Positions 39,379 through 48,561 of a DNA stretch of 64,000 bases are shown here, piece by piece. The notes beneath the pieces are model-generated. The model was not told the DNA's origin and made no database searches. It saw only the letters and a program-made list of their open reading frames with translations. The first letter of the stretch is position 1; each line of letters begins with the position of its first letter. A program made the translations under genes and the position numbers. The stretch lies in the NCBI GenBank assembly GCA_965217865.1, contig CBDCJO010000002.1, forward strand, positions 5,312,001 to 5,376,000, written 5' to 3'. Source of the DNA: Candidatus Latescibacterota bacterium. GTDB lineage: Bacteria; Latescibacterota; UBA2968; SICM01.

Positions 39379-40835
39379 AAATCCAGCCCCATGGAAAAGC
39401 CGATCCGCACCTTATTAAAGTCGCTGTGCGCGACGAATACCTTGCCCAGGAGTGCGGTCTCCGTGCGGATGCTGATTCCCCCTCCCCAGGACGTATGAAA
39501 TCGGTCCATCTCAATCTGGTCGTAATTATCGAAGATCTGCCCTTCCTCCCAGAAAATGTAAGCGTTCCACGTGTCCCAAATCGGATATCGGTACTCCAGG
39601 TTAAGCAACAGGGAACCTTCTCCTCGAAAGAATCCACGCCGGTACCCCCTGAACTGTGTGCTTCCCCCCAACTGAACCAGATCGGTGTAGGGAATTTCTC
39701 CACCCCGGAATTCGTATAATTTCTCCAATTGTGCCTGAAACATCAGGATGCGATTTCTCCAGAAGAGGGTGAGGTATCCCTGAACTTCCGCCCCCATACG
39801 AATAAATTGGAAGTCCTTTGATCCGGTCACGAATTCCGCATCCAGTTCGATAAGACCCCCGTTTTCGGGGTAGGAGAGATCGCGATAATGGTGAAAACGA
39901 CCATCCTCATAGGTGAGGTTTCGGCCGGGGAACCTGTAGTTCAAGGGATGGGAGATCCTGTCGGTCGGCTCTCGGTAATCCCGCCCGTCGTAACGGACTC
40001 GGCCCCCAAACCGGTGGAGCCAGAATTCCTTCTCTAGCCCGTTCAGCAGCCTGGCCTGGGGGGTGGATCCCGTGTCCCTCAATTGGATTGTTGGACCCCG
40101 AAGCTGCCGGAAGTCCCTCTTTCCCGTTCCCAATATTCCTTCAAGATAAAAATTCTTTTTGTAAGGTTCAAGAGGTCCGGCGTTGAGACGCCATCCGATA
40201 ATCGATAAGAGATCCATCTGATCAATTCGGAAAATACGTGTGGGATCATCCCGAACGGCCGCGTTGATGTTAGCGTTCCGGTTCCGCGTTCGGAGATATC
40301 CGACTTCTGTGGTCAGGTAAATGCGCCCATCGGCCACGCTTGGGTCCATGTACATCGCCTCACCCATCTGTCCCCGGCCTCCGGAATAGATCATAAGGGC
40401 ATCAAATTGTTTGCCTTTTCCCGCTATGTTGGAATGGAAGATCCGGCCGCCCCCACCCGTTCCGGTTTCGCCCCCGAACGTGATCTGAGGAAGGAACCCG
40501 AATGTCCTGTCTTCGTTCATAAACAGATTCAACATATGGATTGCAATTTTTCCTCGTTCGGCATAGACGGTTAACTTTCCCAAAGGATAGATCATCCCCG
40601 AAAAAAACAGCCGGGGAATGGCAAATATCGGGTATGATCTGGATTTGTAGAAATCCGTCGTGTCCGGGTTCGCTTTTTGCCATCGAGCAAGATAACCCGA
40701 TTGATAGATATCGTTCGAATCAGGCCTTGACAACTCTTGAGCGATCCCGGGAGGGGAATCGGTCAAAAGAAGGAATGCCCAGACAAGGATCGCTGAAAGA
40801 ACACGATCTCCTGTGGAAAAATTAAACATTTGCAT
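39375..40835 (-). CDS. BamA/TamA (Omp85) family outer-membrane protein
   Basis: LGG..QFRGY..G.FRG, LEYRYPI, terminal Phe. Confidence 0.85.
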   Translation of the reverse strand: MQMFNFSTGDRVLSAILVWAFLLLTDSPPGIAQELSRPDSNDIYQSGYLARWQKANPDTTDFYKSRSYPIFAIPRLFFSGMIYPLGKLTVYAERGKIAIHMLNLFMNEDRTFGFLPQITFGGETGTGGGGRIFHSNIAGKGKQFDALMIYSGGRGQMGEAMYMDPSVADGRIYLTTEVGYLRTRNRNANINAAVRDDPTRIFRIDQMDLLSIIGWRLNAGPLEPYKKNFYLEGILGTGKRDFRQLRGPTIQLRDTGSTPQARLLNGLEKEFWLHRFGGRVRYDGRDYREPTDRISHPLNYRFPGRNLTYEDGRFHHYRDLSYPENGGLIELDAEFVTGSKDFQFIRMGAEVQGYLTLFWRNRILMFQAQLEKLYEFRGGEIPYTDLVQLGGSTQFRGYRRGFFRGEGSLLLNLEYRYPIWDTWNAYIFWEEGQIFDNYDQIEMDRFHTSWGGGISIRTETALLGKVFVAHSDFNKVRIGFSMGLDF

Positions 40836-41146
40836 ATGAATTCGGATTGGAAACAGAGCTGATGGCGTTCTGGATCCTGGCGCCGGAGAAGGAGGGTGGC
40901 TGAAGGCAAAAGGTCGTCGTGATATCGACTTCCATCATCCTAAAACAGTTGATAATTCTATATGATACTTCAAAACCTGTCAAGGGGAGATTATTTTGTT
41001 TAAACCTTTTTGGAAACAAGAGATCAGTTTAGAAAAACATTATTGAAAAATGTTTTCATAAAGAGATAGAACTGGGGTTCAAAGTCGCATCAGTCGTGCC
41101 TGGTACAGGGTTTGCAGGAGCAAGACCGTGGAGGTGATGAAAAACA

Positions 41147-42358
41147 ATGTCTTCAAGGGAAATAAAAAAACCCCAACCCCCTGCCCCCCGGTTTTCTTCG
41201 CAGCTGAATATTCTTATAGTAACAGACGATTTCAAGCCAAATCTTGGCGGGGTTGCGGAATACACCCACAATTTGGCGAGGCAACTGATTCGGTTTGGCG
41301 ATTCCGTGACCGTGTTGGCCAGCCGGGTTCCTGGGGATGAGACTTTTGATCGGGGGTGTGAATATGAGGTCTTGAGAGTCGAATCTACGCTCAGTCAACA
41401 CGCGTTTGACACTGAGGTAGTGACCTTTCTCCACGAATGGAGGCGCAAAGTCGATTATGTGGCAACGGCCACAAGGGCCGATTGCATCCTTTGTACGAAA
41501 GGCTTCCCTTTAGGCTTATATTGCTCGATATCCGCTAAAAGACTGTTTATCCCTTATCTGGTCACGGTTCACGAATCCGATGTAAGGAATCTCGAAACTC
41601 TTTCTCTGCGACCGATCCAGTTAGACTATGCCTTGAAAAAAGCGGATGTCCTGGTCTGCGTCAGCAATTTTGTTCAATCCCAGGTTTCCGAACTTGGCCT
41701 GGAGACGGATAAGACCGTTGTGATTCCGAATGGTGTGGACCCTCGAGCGTTTCGTCCCTCCGATGGAGGGGTGAGGCTCCGGAGGCGTTTGGGATTGAAT
41801 GGCCAGCCAGCCATCCTTACTCCAGGCCCCCTTGCTGAAGGAAAAGGGATGGAACGGGAGATCGCTGCTTTTAAAAAGGTCTTGATGGGAATTCCGGACA
41901 CGGTCTACCTCATCGCCGGGAACCGCTCCTATGAAAAGGAACTTAAAAGGGAGATCGATAGACATACGGACTTGAGGGAACACATTATCTTCGTAGAACC
42001 TGCCATCGGCCACGGACGATCGGATTTGTATAACGCCTCCGACGTGTTTGCGATGCCCTGTCATGAGATGGCTGACGGACTTGGGATGTCCTTCCTGGAG
42101 GCGAACGCCTGTGGAAAGCCGGTCGTAGCAGGCCGTTCGAATTATACCCGGGATATAGTCGTGGAAGGGCACAACGGTCTTCTTGTCGACCCGTGGGATT
42201 CCAACTATCTGGCCTATGTCCTCATGATGCTGCTGATGGATCGGGAATATGCCAGCCATTTGGGAAAGAACGGACTTCGGAGGGTTCGTGAGGATTACGA
42301 TTGGGAAAAGTTGGCGATGCGGATTAGGGAGGAGATTGTTCGGGTGAGGAAAACATGA
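41147..42358 (+). CDS. Glycosyltransferase family 4
   Basis: DFKPNLGGVA, IPNGVD, DVFAMP..DGLGMSFLEANACGKPVV. Confidence 0.9.
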   Translation: MSSREIKKPQPPAPRFSSQLNILIVTDDFKPNLGGVAEYTHNLARQLIRFGDSVTVLASRVPGDETFDRGCEYEVLRVESTLSQHAFDTEVVTFLHEWRRKVDYVATATRADCILCTKGFPLGLYCSISAKRLFIPYLVTVHESDVRNLETLSLRPIQLDYALKKADVLVCVSNFVQSQVSELGLETDKTVVIPNGVDPRAFRPSDGGVRLRRRLGLNGQPAILTPGPLAEGKGMEREIAAFKKVLMGIPDTVYLIAGNRSYEKELKREIDRHTDLREHIIFVEPAIGHGRSDLYNASDVFAMPCHEMADGLGMSFLEANACGKPVVAGRSNYTRDIVVEGHNGLLVDPWDSNYLAYVLMMLLMDREYASHLGKNGLRRVREDYDWEKLAMRIREEIVRVRKT

Positions 42359-42398
42359 AAATGAAAAATGATAATTTCAAAATGGAAATTGTAAAATT
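42354..42398 (+). repeat. Heptamer array, left flank of the four-helix-bundle gene
   Basis: tgaaaatgaaaaatgataatttcaaaatggaaattgtaaaatt. Confidence 0.7.
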
Positions 42399-42418
42399 AA
42401 ATAATAAGCAAAACAGAT

Positions 42419-42779
42419 ATGCGTGGTGATATAGAAAAGCTTTCAATGAGGCTGTTAGAATTTTTCAGTCAGCGTTATAAAGCAAGTAAATACCTTGCCA
42501 AGGACGGCCGTTGGGCGTCATGTTGCTGGACAGTTGCTCCGATCCGGAACTTCCGCGGCGGCAAATTATGAAGAATGTTGTGCCGCAGAAAGCCGTCTTG
42601 ACTTTGTCCACAAGATGAAAATTGTGCTCAAAGAGTTACGTGAATCACGGTTTTGGTTGCACCTCATGGAGCGTGTTCACCTAATTTCAAAATCAGAATG
42701 TCACGATCTTAAAGAAGAAGCGGGAGAGCTTTGTAACATCATCGCCAAGTCAATCATCACGTCCAAAAAGAACCTCTGA
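42419..42779 (+). pseudogene. Four helix bundle protein (23S rRNA-IVS/Avd-like), +1 frameshift in the T5 run at 42461-42465
   Basis: QLLRSGTS.AANYEE..AESR.DF.HK..IVLKEL.ES.FWL; upstream RLLEF is in another frame. Confidence 0.85.
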
Positions 42780-42813
42780 CTTTGCAAATTCCATTTTTCA
42801 CTTTTCATTTCCC
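42778..42813 (-). repeat. Heptamer array, right flank (inverted)
   Basis: Reverse complement gggaaatgaaaagtgaaaaatggaatttgcaaagtc; overlaps the ubiX 3' end. Confidence 0.7.
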
Positions 42814-43412
42814 TTTTGTCCCCACGGCGCAAACAGATCATGCTCAATCTGGAACAGGTTCAAAATTCGCCCCGCGATAAAATCCGCAAGATCATCAAAT
42901 GTTCGGGGTTTCTGATAGAATGCCGGCATGGCCGGCAGAATGACGGCTCCCGCTTCGGATGCAATCACCATGTTACGCAGATGCACCAGGCTAAGGGGCG
43001 CTTCCCGTGGAACGAGGATCAAGGTCCTCCGTTCCTTCAGGGTCACGTCAGCGGAGCGCTCGATCAGGTTGCTTGAGGACCCGTGAGCCACCCCCGACAA
43101 GATCTTCATCGTACAGGGCACCACGACCATACCGTCTGAATGGACGGATCCGCTGGAAAGAGGCGCTGCAAGGTCGTGGAAATTGTGCAATTCAAGCACC
43201 CCCGATTTTATGTCCACCCCGAACTTGTCGACCAGATAGGACTCGAAGTCGGATCGCTTACCGCCAAAATCGACTTCCTCCTTGAGGAGCATCCATCCGT
43301 AGTCGGAGACAATCAGGTCGACGTGACAGCCCGTGATGAGGAGGGCCCGAAGCGCCCGGATGCTGTATATTGCGCCGCTGGCCCCGGTGATTGCAAAAAT
43401 TATTCTTTTCAT
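42798..43412 (-). CDS. ubiX: Flavin prenyltransferase UbiX
   Basis: AITGASG, SSGS, PCTMK, LKERR.L.LVPREAP, PAMPAFY. Confidence 0.95.
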   Translation of the reverse strand: MKRIIFAITGASGAIYSIRALRALLITGCHVDLIVSDYGWMLLKEEVDFGGKRSDFESYLVDKFGVDIKSGVLELHNFHDLAAPLSSGSVHSDGMVVVPCTMKILSGVAHGSSSNLIERSADVTLKERRTLILVPREAPLSLVHLRNMVIASEAGAVILPAMPAFYQKPRTFDDLADFIAGRILNLFQIEHDLFAPWGQKGNEK

Positions 43413-43564
43413 CGATCATATCCTCGTTTGATTGGACTTCAGTTGACATGGTTTCCAATCATTCATAATCAACTTGCACCTTAATTATAAGGGGATTATA
43501 TTAGCCGGCAATCCGATTTTACGTTTCTCCTGGAATATAATAAACCTGAGGGTACAAGCCTGAA

Positions 43565-44320
43565 TTGAGCGCATTGAATTTTAAACCTAGAGTTCCGGTG
43601 TTCGACGCGAATATCGGCGTCGGACACAGACGAGACCGACCCGCTCCTTTCGAAGATGCCTCGGAACTCCTGGATGAGATGAGGCGGCACGGAATCGAGC
43701 GGGCAATAGTCTACCACGTTCAGGCCGAGGATATCAGTCCCACCGAAGGAAACCGGGCGCTCGAAAAATGGGCGGATGATGACCGATCCTTCAGCTTGCA
43801 ATGGGTCGCAGGACCGAATCCGGAATCGCTTCGGCAACTAAAAGGTCTGCACGCCGCAGGGAAGGTCAAAAGCATCCGCCTCCACAACACGGAGTCTGCA
43901 CGCATCCCTTTTGTGGATTGGGTTTACGGCGAACTGCTCGAATGGTTGCATCAGGAAAGGATCCCCCTTTGGGTTTCTCTTGCGGATACACCGCCCACAG
44001 AAATCATGGCCACTCTCCGCCCTTTCCCGGATCTTGTGACCGTGTTGTTAGGAGCACATTACGGACATGCGATGATGGTACGACCATTCTTGAGAAATCT
44101 CTCAAATTCCTTCCTGGAGTTGAGCCGGAATGAAACCCTTGGTGGGACAGAGGATCTGATTCGCGAATTTGGTGTCGAACGGTTTATCTACGGATCGTTT
44201 TACCCCCGGTACGCTTTGGGTCCGATGCTTTACTATTTGCATCATATGACGCTCAATGATGCTGAACTCACGGCGGTTTGCTCCGGTAATCTTATACGCA
44301 TCCTCGGAGAGACGGGATGA
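43565..44320 (+). CDS. Amidohydrolase_2-like protein, probably catalytically degenerate
   Basis: FDAN..G instead of DxHxH; ERFIYGSFYP; GNL.RIL. Confidence 0.75.
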   Translation: MSALNFKPRVPVFDANIGVGHRRDRPAPFEDASELLDEMRRHGIERAIVYHVQAEDISPTEGNRALEKWADDDRSFSLQWVAGPNPESLRQLKGLHAAGKVKSIRLHNTESARIPFVDWVYGELLEWLHQERIPLWVSLADTPPTEIMATLRPFPDLVTVLLGAHYGHAMMVRPFLRNLSNSFLELSRNETLGGTEDLIREFGVERFIYGSFYPRYALGPMLYYLHHMTLNDAELTAVCSGNLIRILGETG

Positions 44321-45060
44321 TTGACAACTCCACGGTGATTGACTTCCACGGGCACGTCGGGTCCTGGGATAATTTGGGTATGATCGATGATCAGCCCAAA
44401 ATGCTTCGTGCCATGGATACCTTGGGAATCGATCGGTCCTGCGTGTTCAATATTTTCCATCCCGACGGTACGCGGGGAAATGACATGACCGCGGAATTTG
44501 TGTCAAAGTCCCCGGAACGTTTCATCGGTTTTGCCTATGTTTCCCCGACGATGCCGGATAGAATGTTGCCCGAGCTGGAACGCGCGATCGATTGTTTGGG
44601 TCTGAGGGCTATCAAGCTCTATCCACAATACACCCCATATCCCCTAAACCACTCGGCCTGGGATCCCGTGTATACATTTGCAAATAAACGCGAACTGGTG
44701 GTCCTTTCGCATACGGGCGTTGAAGTCGATCCCAAAGATCTGGGAGAAGCAGCATCTCGATTCCCCAAAGCAATGTTCGTCGCAGGCCACTCTGGGAATG
44801 TCGAACCTTACCGGGGTCATGCGATTGAGGCCGCTCAGAAATATCAGAATTTCTATTTGGAAACCTGTTCGACTTACCGGACTCCCGGCGTGATTGAAGA
44901 GCTGGTCGCAAAGGCCGGCGCGGAGCGCGTCTTGTTCGGATCCGATGTGCCGTTGATGGATCCCCGATCCCAGATTGGCAAAATCATCACAGCGGATATT
45001 TCTGACGACGCCAAACGGTTGGTTCTGGGAGAAAACGCAAAACGGATCCTTAAGCTATAA
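44317..45060 (+). CDS. Amidohydrolase_2 family metal-dependent hydrolase
   Basis: IDFHGH, IKLYP, SHT, GHSG, LFGSD.P, GENA.RIL. Confidence 0.9.
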   Translation: MIDNSTVIDFHGHVGSWDNLGMIDDQPKMLRAMDTLGIDRSCVFNIFHPDGTRGNDMTAEFVSKSPERFIGFAYVSPTMPDRMLPELERAIDCLGLRAIKLYPQYTPYPLNHSAWDPVYTFANKRELVVLSHTGVEVDPKDLGEAASRFPKAMFVAGHSGNVEPYRGHAIEAAQKYQNFYLETCSTYRTPGVIEELVAKAGAERVLFGSDVPLMDPRSQIGKIITADISDDAKRLVLGENAKRILKL

Positions 45061-45094
45061 CATCGTCAGGCTTATCCACCTCAATAAACATCAT

Positions 45095-45121
45095 CCCTGC
45101 CTTCAAGGCGGGGTTCTTTTT
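45095..45121 (+). terminator. Rho-independent terminator
   Basis: ccctgcc-ttcaa-ggcgggg followed by a T-rich run. Confidence 0.65.
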
Positions 45122-45986
45122 ATACCCTCAGGAGAACGATGTCCCCAAGGGTAAATGCGAAGTACGCGACACTCAGGATGCCGTTTAGCGAGAAAGCCTT
45201 CATGGCTTGTGTGAGATCATCGTGCCGGACGATGCGATGTTCATAAACGAGAATGAAACCCACGAGAAGAACACCGCAAAGATAAAGACCGTTCAAATTG
45301 AACAGGACCTTGATGTAGAGCAATAACAGGAAAGAGACGGCGTAAAGGATCCTCGACAAGTTAAGCGCCCGACGGGGGCCGAGTCGCTGCGGTAGGGAAC
45401 GGAGGTCGTGGGAAACATCGAAATCGTAGTCCTGGCAGGCATAGATGATATCGAATCCCGCCACCCAGGCCAGGACTGCAGCCCCGAGAAGGAGGATGAT
45501 TGGGTCGAATGATCCATTGACCGCGATCCATGCCCCGATCGGAGCAACGCTCAGGGAGAGGCCCAGGAAGAGGTGTGTTGCCCAGGTGAACCGTTTGGTG
45601 AAGGAATAGAAAAAGATGATTAGCAGTGCGATCGGGGAAAGAGCCAGGCAGAGGGGATTGAGCTGATAAGAAGCGAAAACCAAGATCGCAGAGGAGAGGA
45701 CAACAAGGGTCACGACTGCCGGGACGGCAATGTCCCCCCGTGGAAGCTCCCGGTTCCGAGTGCGCGGGTTGGCCGCATCGATGTGGCGGTCTAGCAGACG
45801 GTTGAACCCCATGGCCGCGCTGCGGGCCCCGACCATCGCAACAACAATCCAGATGAGGTGGCGGAGAGTGATTGAGGTTTGCAGAGAAGCCAGGGTTGCA
45901 CCCGTGAATGCGAAAGGGAGGGCGAAGACGCTGTGAGAGAACTTGATCATGCGCCCATAGGTCAAGATGCGGTCAAGTGGTTTCAT
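45120..45986 (-). CDS. mqnP: UbiA-like polyprenyltransferase of the futalosine pathway
   Basis: HSVFALPFA, ARSAAMGFNR..D..ID..NPRT..R, WVAGFDIIYACQD. Confidence 0.88.
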   Translation of the reverse strand: MKPLDRILTYGRMIKFSHSVFALPFAFTGATLASLQTSITLRHLIWIVVAMVGARSAAMGFNRLLDRHIDAANPRTRNRELPRGDIAVPAVVTLVVLSSAILVFASYQLNPLCLALSPIALLIIFFYSFTKRFTWATHLFLGLSLSVAPIGAWIAVNGSFDPIILLLGAAVLAWVAGFDIIYACQDYDFDVSHDLRSLPQRLGPRRALNLSRILYAVSFLLLLYIKVLFNLNGLYLCGVLLVGFILVYEHRIVRHDDLTQAMKAFSLNGILSVAYFAFTLGDIVLLRV

Positions 45987-46020
45987 GGCATCTCCGGGGT
46001 GTGGGCACCAAACCAAATTC

Positions 46021-46821
46021 TTATTTGGAACGGTCGTAAAAACGAATTTCCGGCTCGTTCGGAATTATTTCGAGGGATGCCGCGTGCCGGTAGAAGGTCC
46101 TGAGGCCTTCGGTTTCCTTTTCACCGAGTTCGTAGAGGATATGTTTCTTGAGGTAGGATTCATAGAAAGCAGCAGATCCTCGATGTACCTCCCCGAAGGT
46201 TTTTGAGATCTCATCCACGAAGCCCAGTCCGATCCGCTTTGCCTCTACCAGGGCAGACACATCTTCGGGTGTTAGAACCCCTGGGACACCCGCCCAGACG
46301 GCGAAGACAAAAGGCAGTCCGGTATTTTGCCGCCACATCTCACCCAGGTCCCAGATTCTCAAGTTTGATTGTTCGATGTCGAGGGCACGGTCACCGATCA
46401 GGACGGCCCCATCGGCAACCTTCAGCATAGCGCCGAGGTCCGGAGAATGGTCGATGAATTCCCCGGTAAATCTGTGCACGCGCTGCATCAAGATGCGAGA
46501 AAGTGCGGTGCTACTCCGGGAACTCGTGTCGAGGGCAACGGACCGGATCCGGTCGATGTTCACCGAGGAGATAAGAAGGGCGCTTTTCACCGGGCCGTCG
46601 CAGGCGATCGACACGTCGGGGACGATGTGATAGACTTCGGAGCGGGCGTATTCGATCGACGGGATTATGGCCAGATCCAGTTCTCCTCGAGCGAGCAGGC
46701 CGGCACAGGCCGAAGGCACATCGTAGATGAGTTCAAAACGGTGGGGGATGAGGTTCCGCTCCAGCGCGTAGACAAGCGGTTTCGTATTGAGGTAGTTAAC
46801 GACGCCGAGTCGGATACTCAT
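46021..46821 (-). CDS. mqnA: Chorismate dehydratase
   Basis: V.YLNTKPL, SRSS, LIGD.AL, DLG..W...TGLPFVFAVW. Confidence 0.93.
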   Translation of the reverse strand: MSIRLGVVNYLNTKPLVYALERNLIPHRFELIYDVPSACAGLLARGELDLAIIPSIEYARSEVYHIVPDVSIACDGPVKSALLISSVNIDRIRSVALDTSSRSSTALSRILMQRVHRFTGEFIDHSPDLGAMLKVADGAVLIGDRALDIEQSNLRIWDLGEMWRQNTGLPFVFAVWAGVPGVLTPEDVSALVEAKRIGLGFVDEISKTFGEVHRGSAAFYESYLKKHILYELGEKETEGLRTFYRHAASLEIIPNEPEIRFYDRSK

Positions 46822-46853
46822 AGAAAATCGGGGCTGACATACGGGATTAGAAG

Positions 46854-47939
46854 TCAGTTTACGATTCCGTAACCCGTATTTCGCCGAACGGGTTCGCAGC
46901 CCACATCCCGAATGAGTCTGGCGATCTCCTGGATCGGCATACAGTATTTCGTTCCGGCCGCACTTACCACGTTCTCCTCCATCATGGTGCTCCCGAAATC
47001 GTTTACACCGTAATGAAGACCGATCTGCGCAATCTTGGGACCTTGAGTGACCCAGGATGCCTGAATGTTATCAATGTTGTTCAGGTAGAGACGTGCGATT
47101 GCCGTGGTGCGGAGGTAATCGAAACCGGTGGCCTTCGTTCCTTCCCATTCCTCGGCCAATTCGGTACCGGAAGGCTGGAAGCTCCACGGGATAAAGGCCG
47201 TAAAACCCCCTGTCTCATCCTGGAGATCCCGGATAAGGTTCAGGTGCTCCATCCGCTGTTCGTCGGTCTCGACGTGTCCATACATCATCGTTCCGGAGGT
47301 TCTCATGCCCAGAAGGTGAGCGATGCGATGGACATCGAGCCATTCGGAGACGGTATCCTTTCGGAAACCGATGATCTGACGGACATCGTCGGAGAGGATC
47401 TCTGCTCCTGCCCCGGGGATCGAATCCAAACCGGCATCCCTCAGGGCCTTGATACACGCATCGAGGGAAAGACGGGAGATATGAGCGATGTATACGATTT
47501 CCGTGGCGGAAAGGGAGTGCATGTGAACAGCGGGGAATCTATTTTTAATCGAACCGATGAGATCCAGGTAGTAGTCGAGTTTGAGCTTCGGGTTAAGGCC
47601 ACCCTGCATGAGGACTTCACAGGTTTTCGGTTCCGTTCCGCCAATGTCCACCAGTTCCTGGATCTTTCCGAAGATTTCCTCTCGGGGGAGGACGTAACCT
47701 TCGCTGGAGCCTGGAGGGCGGTAGAACGCACAAAATTTACATCGCACCCAGCAGACGTTCGTATAGTTGATGTTTCTCCCCACGACATAGGTGACGACCT
47801 TTTCGGGGTGTTTCTCCCATCGGACGTGATTCGCCAATATGCCCAATTCAGCGATATTTGGATGTCGGAAGAGGTCAAGTCCATCCTGGAAGGAGAGACG
47901 TTCCCCTCCAAATACTTTTTCAGTGATGGTTGAGATCAT
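46854..47939 (-). CDS. mqnC: Cyclic dehypoxanthine futalosine synthase (radical SAM)
   Basis: RNINYTNVC...C.FCAF, LMQGG, QASWVTQG, NDFGSTMMEENVVSAAG. Confidence 0.93.
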   Translation of the reverse strand: MISTITEKVFGGERLSFQDGLDLFRHPNIAELGILANHVRWEKHPEKVVTYVVGRNINYTNVCWVRCKFCAFYRPPGSSEGYVLPREEIFGKIQELVDIGGTEPKTCEVLMQGGLNPKLKLDYYLDLIGSIKNRFPAVHMHSLSATEIVYIAHISRLSLDACIKALRDAGLDSIPGAGAEILSDDVRQIIGFRKDTVSEWLDVHRIAHLLGMRTSGTMMYGHVETDEQRMEHLNLIRDLQDETGGFTAFIPWSFQPSGTELAEEWEGTKATGFDYLRTTAIARLYLNNIDNIQASWVTQGPKIAQIGLHYGVNDFGSTMMEENVVSAAGTKYCMPIQEIARLIRDVGCEPVRRNTGYGIVN

Positions 47940-48045
47940 CGCTGGGTGCTCCGGGTCAAGATTCAAGGCTTGAAATTATGTTTTCAATCGCTTAACTTAC
48001 ATCCAGTGTGAACGAAGGTCCGTGCTATTCGAAAGGGGAAAGACT

Positions 48046-48474
48046 TTGGCAACTGTGAAACGAGGTGACCGGGTAAAGGTTCACTACAAAGGTTTTTTTG
48101 AAGACGGCACGGTATTCGACCAGTCACCCGAAGGGGAACCCCTTGAATTTACGATTGGAAAGAAGATGGTGATCCCAGGCTTTGAAAAAGGGGTAATCGG
48201 AATGGAAGAAGGGGAGACAAAAAGGGTTTCCATCCCGCCAAAGGATGCGTATGGTCCTCATAGAGAAGATCTGGTTCTTGTGATGGAGAAATCCGAGATG
48301 CCCTCGGATATCATCCTGTCGGTTGGAATGCGCCTTGAGGCCAGTTTCCCGAAGGGGATCACCGCAAAGGTTACGATTACGGATATAACAGAAGAGAAGG
48401 TAACCCTCGATGCCAATCATCCCCTCGTAGGCGAAAAGCTTACCTTCGAGTTGAATCTTATTGAGATCCTTTAA
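48046..48474 (+). CDS. FKBP-type peptidyl-prolyl isomerase (SlyD/SlpA-like)
   Basis: VHYKG..EDGTVFD, VIPGFE, DANHPL.G..L.F. Confidence 0.93.
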   Translation: MATVKRGDRVKVHYKGFFEDGTVFDQSPEGEPLEFTIGKKMVIPGFEKGVIGMEEGETKRVSIPPKDAYGPHREDLVLVMEKSEMPSDIILSVGMRLEASFPKGITAKVTITDITEEKVTLDANHPLVGEKLTFELNLIEIL

Positions 48475-48561
48475 GACACGCCAAAATCTTGTTTCATTTT
48501 ATCATCGGTTTCGCAGAAGATTCAGCGAGGCCGATTTTTCATTTTCGATTCAGAGCTCCGG

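Noticed and set aside
44317-45060. Aminofutalosine deaminase assignment
   Set aside because: Short Amidohydro_2-type sequence on the opposite strand; no deaminase-specific motif seen, proximity only
47013-47933. 306-aa plus-strand ORF
   Set aside because: Antisense shadow of mqnC
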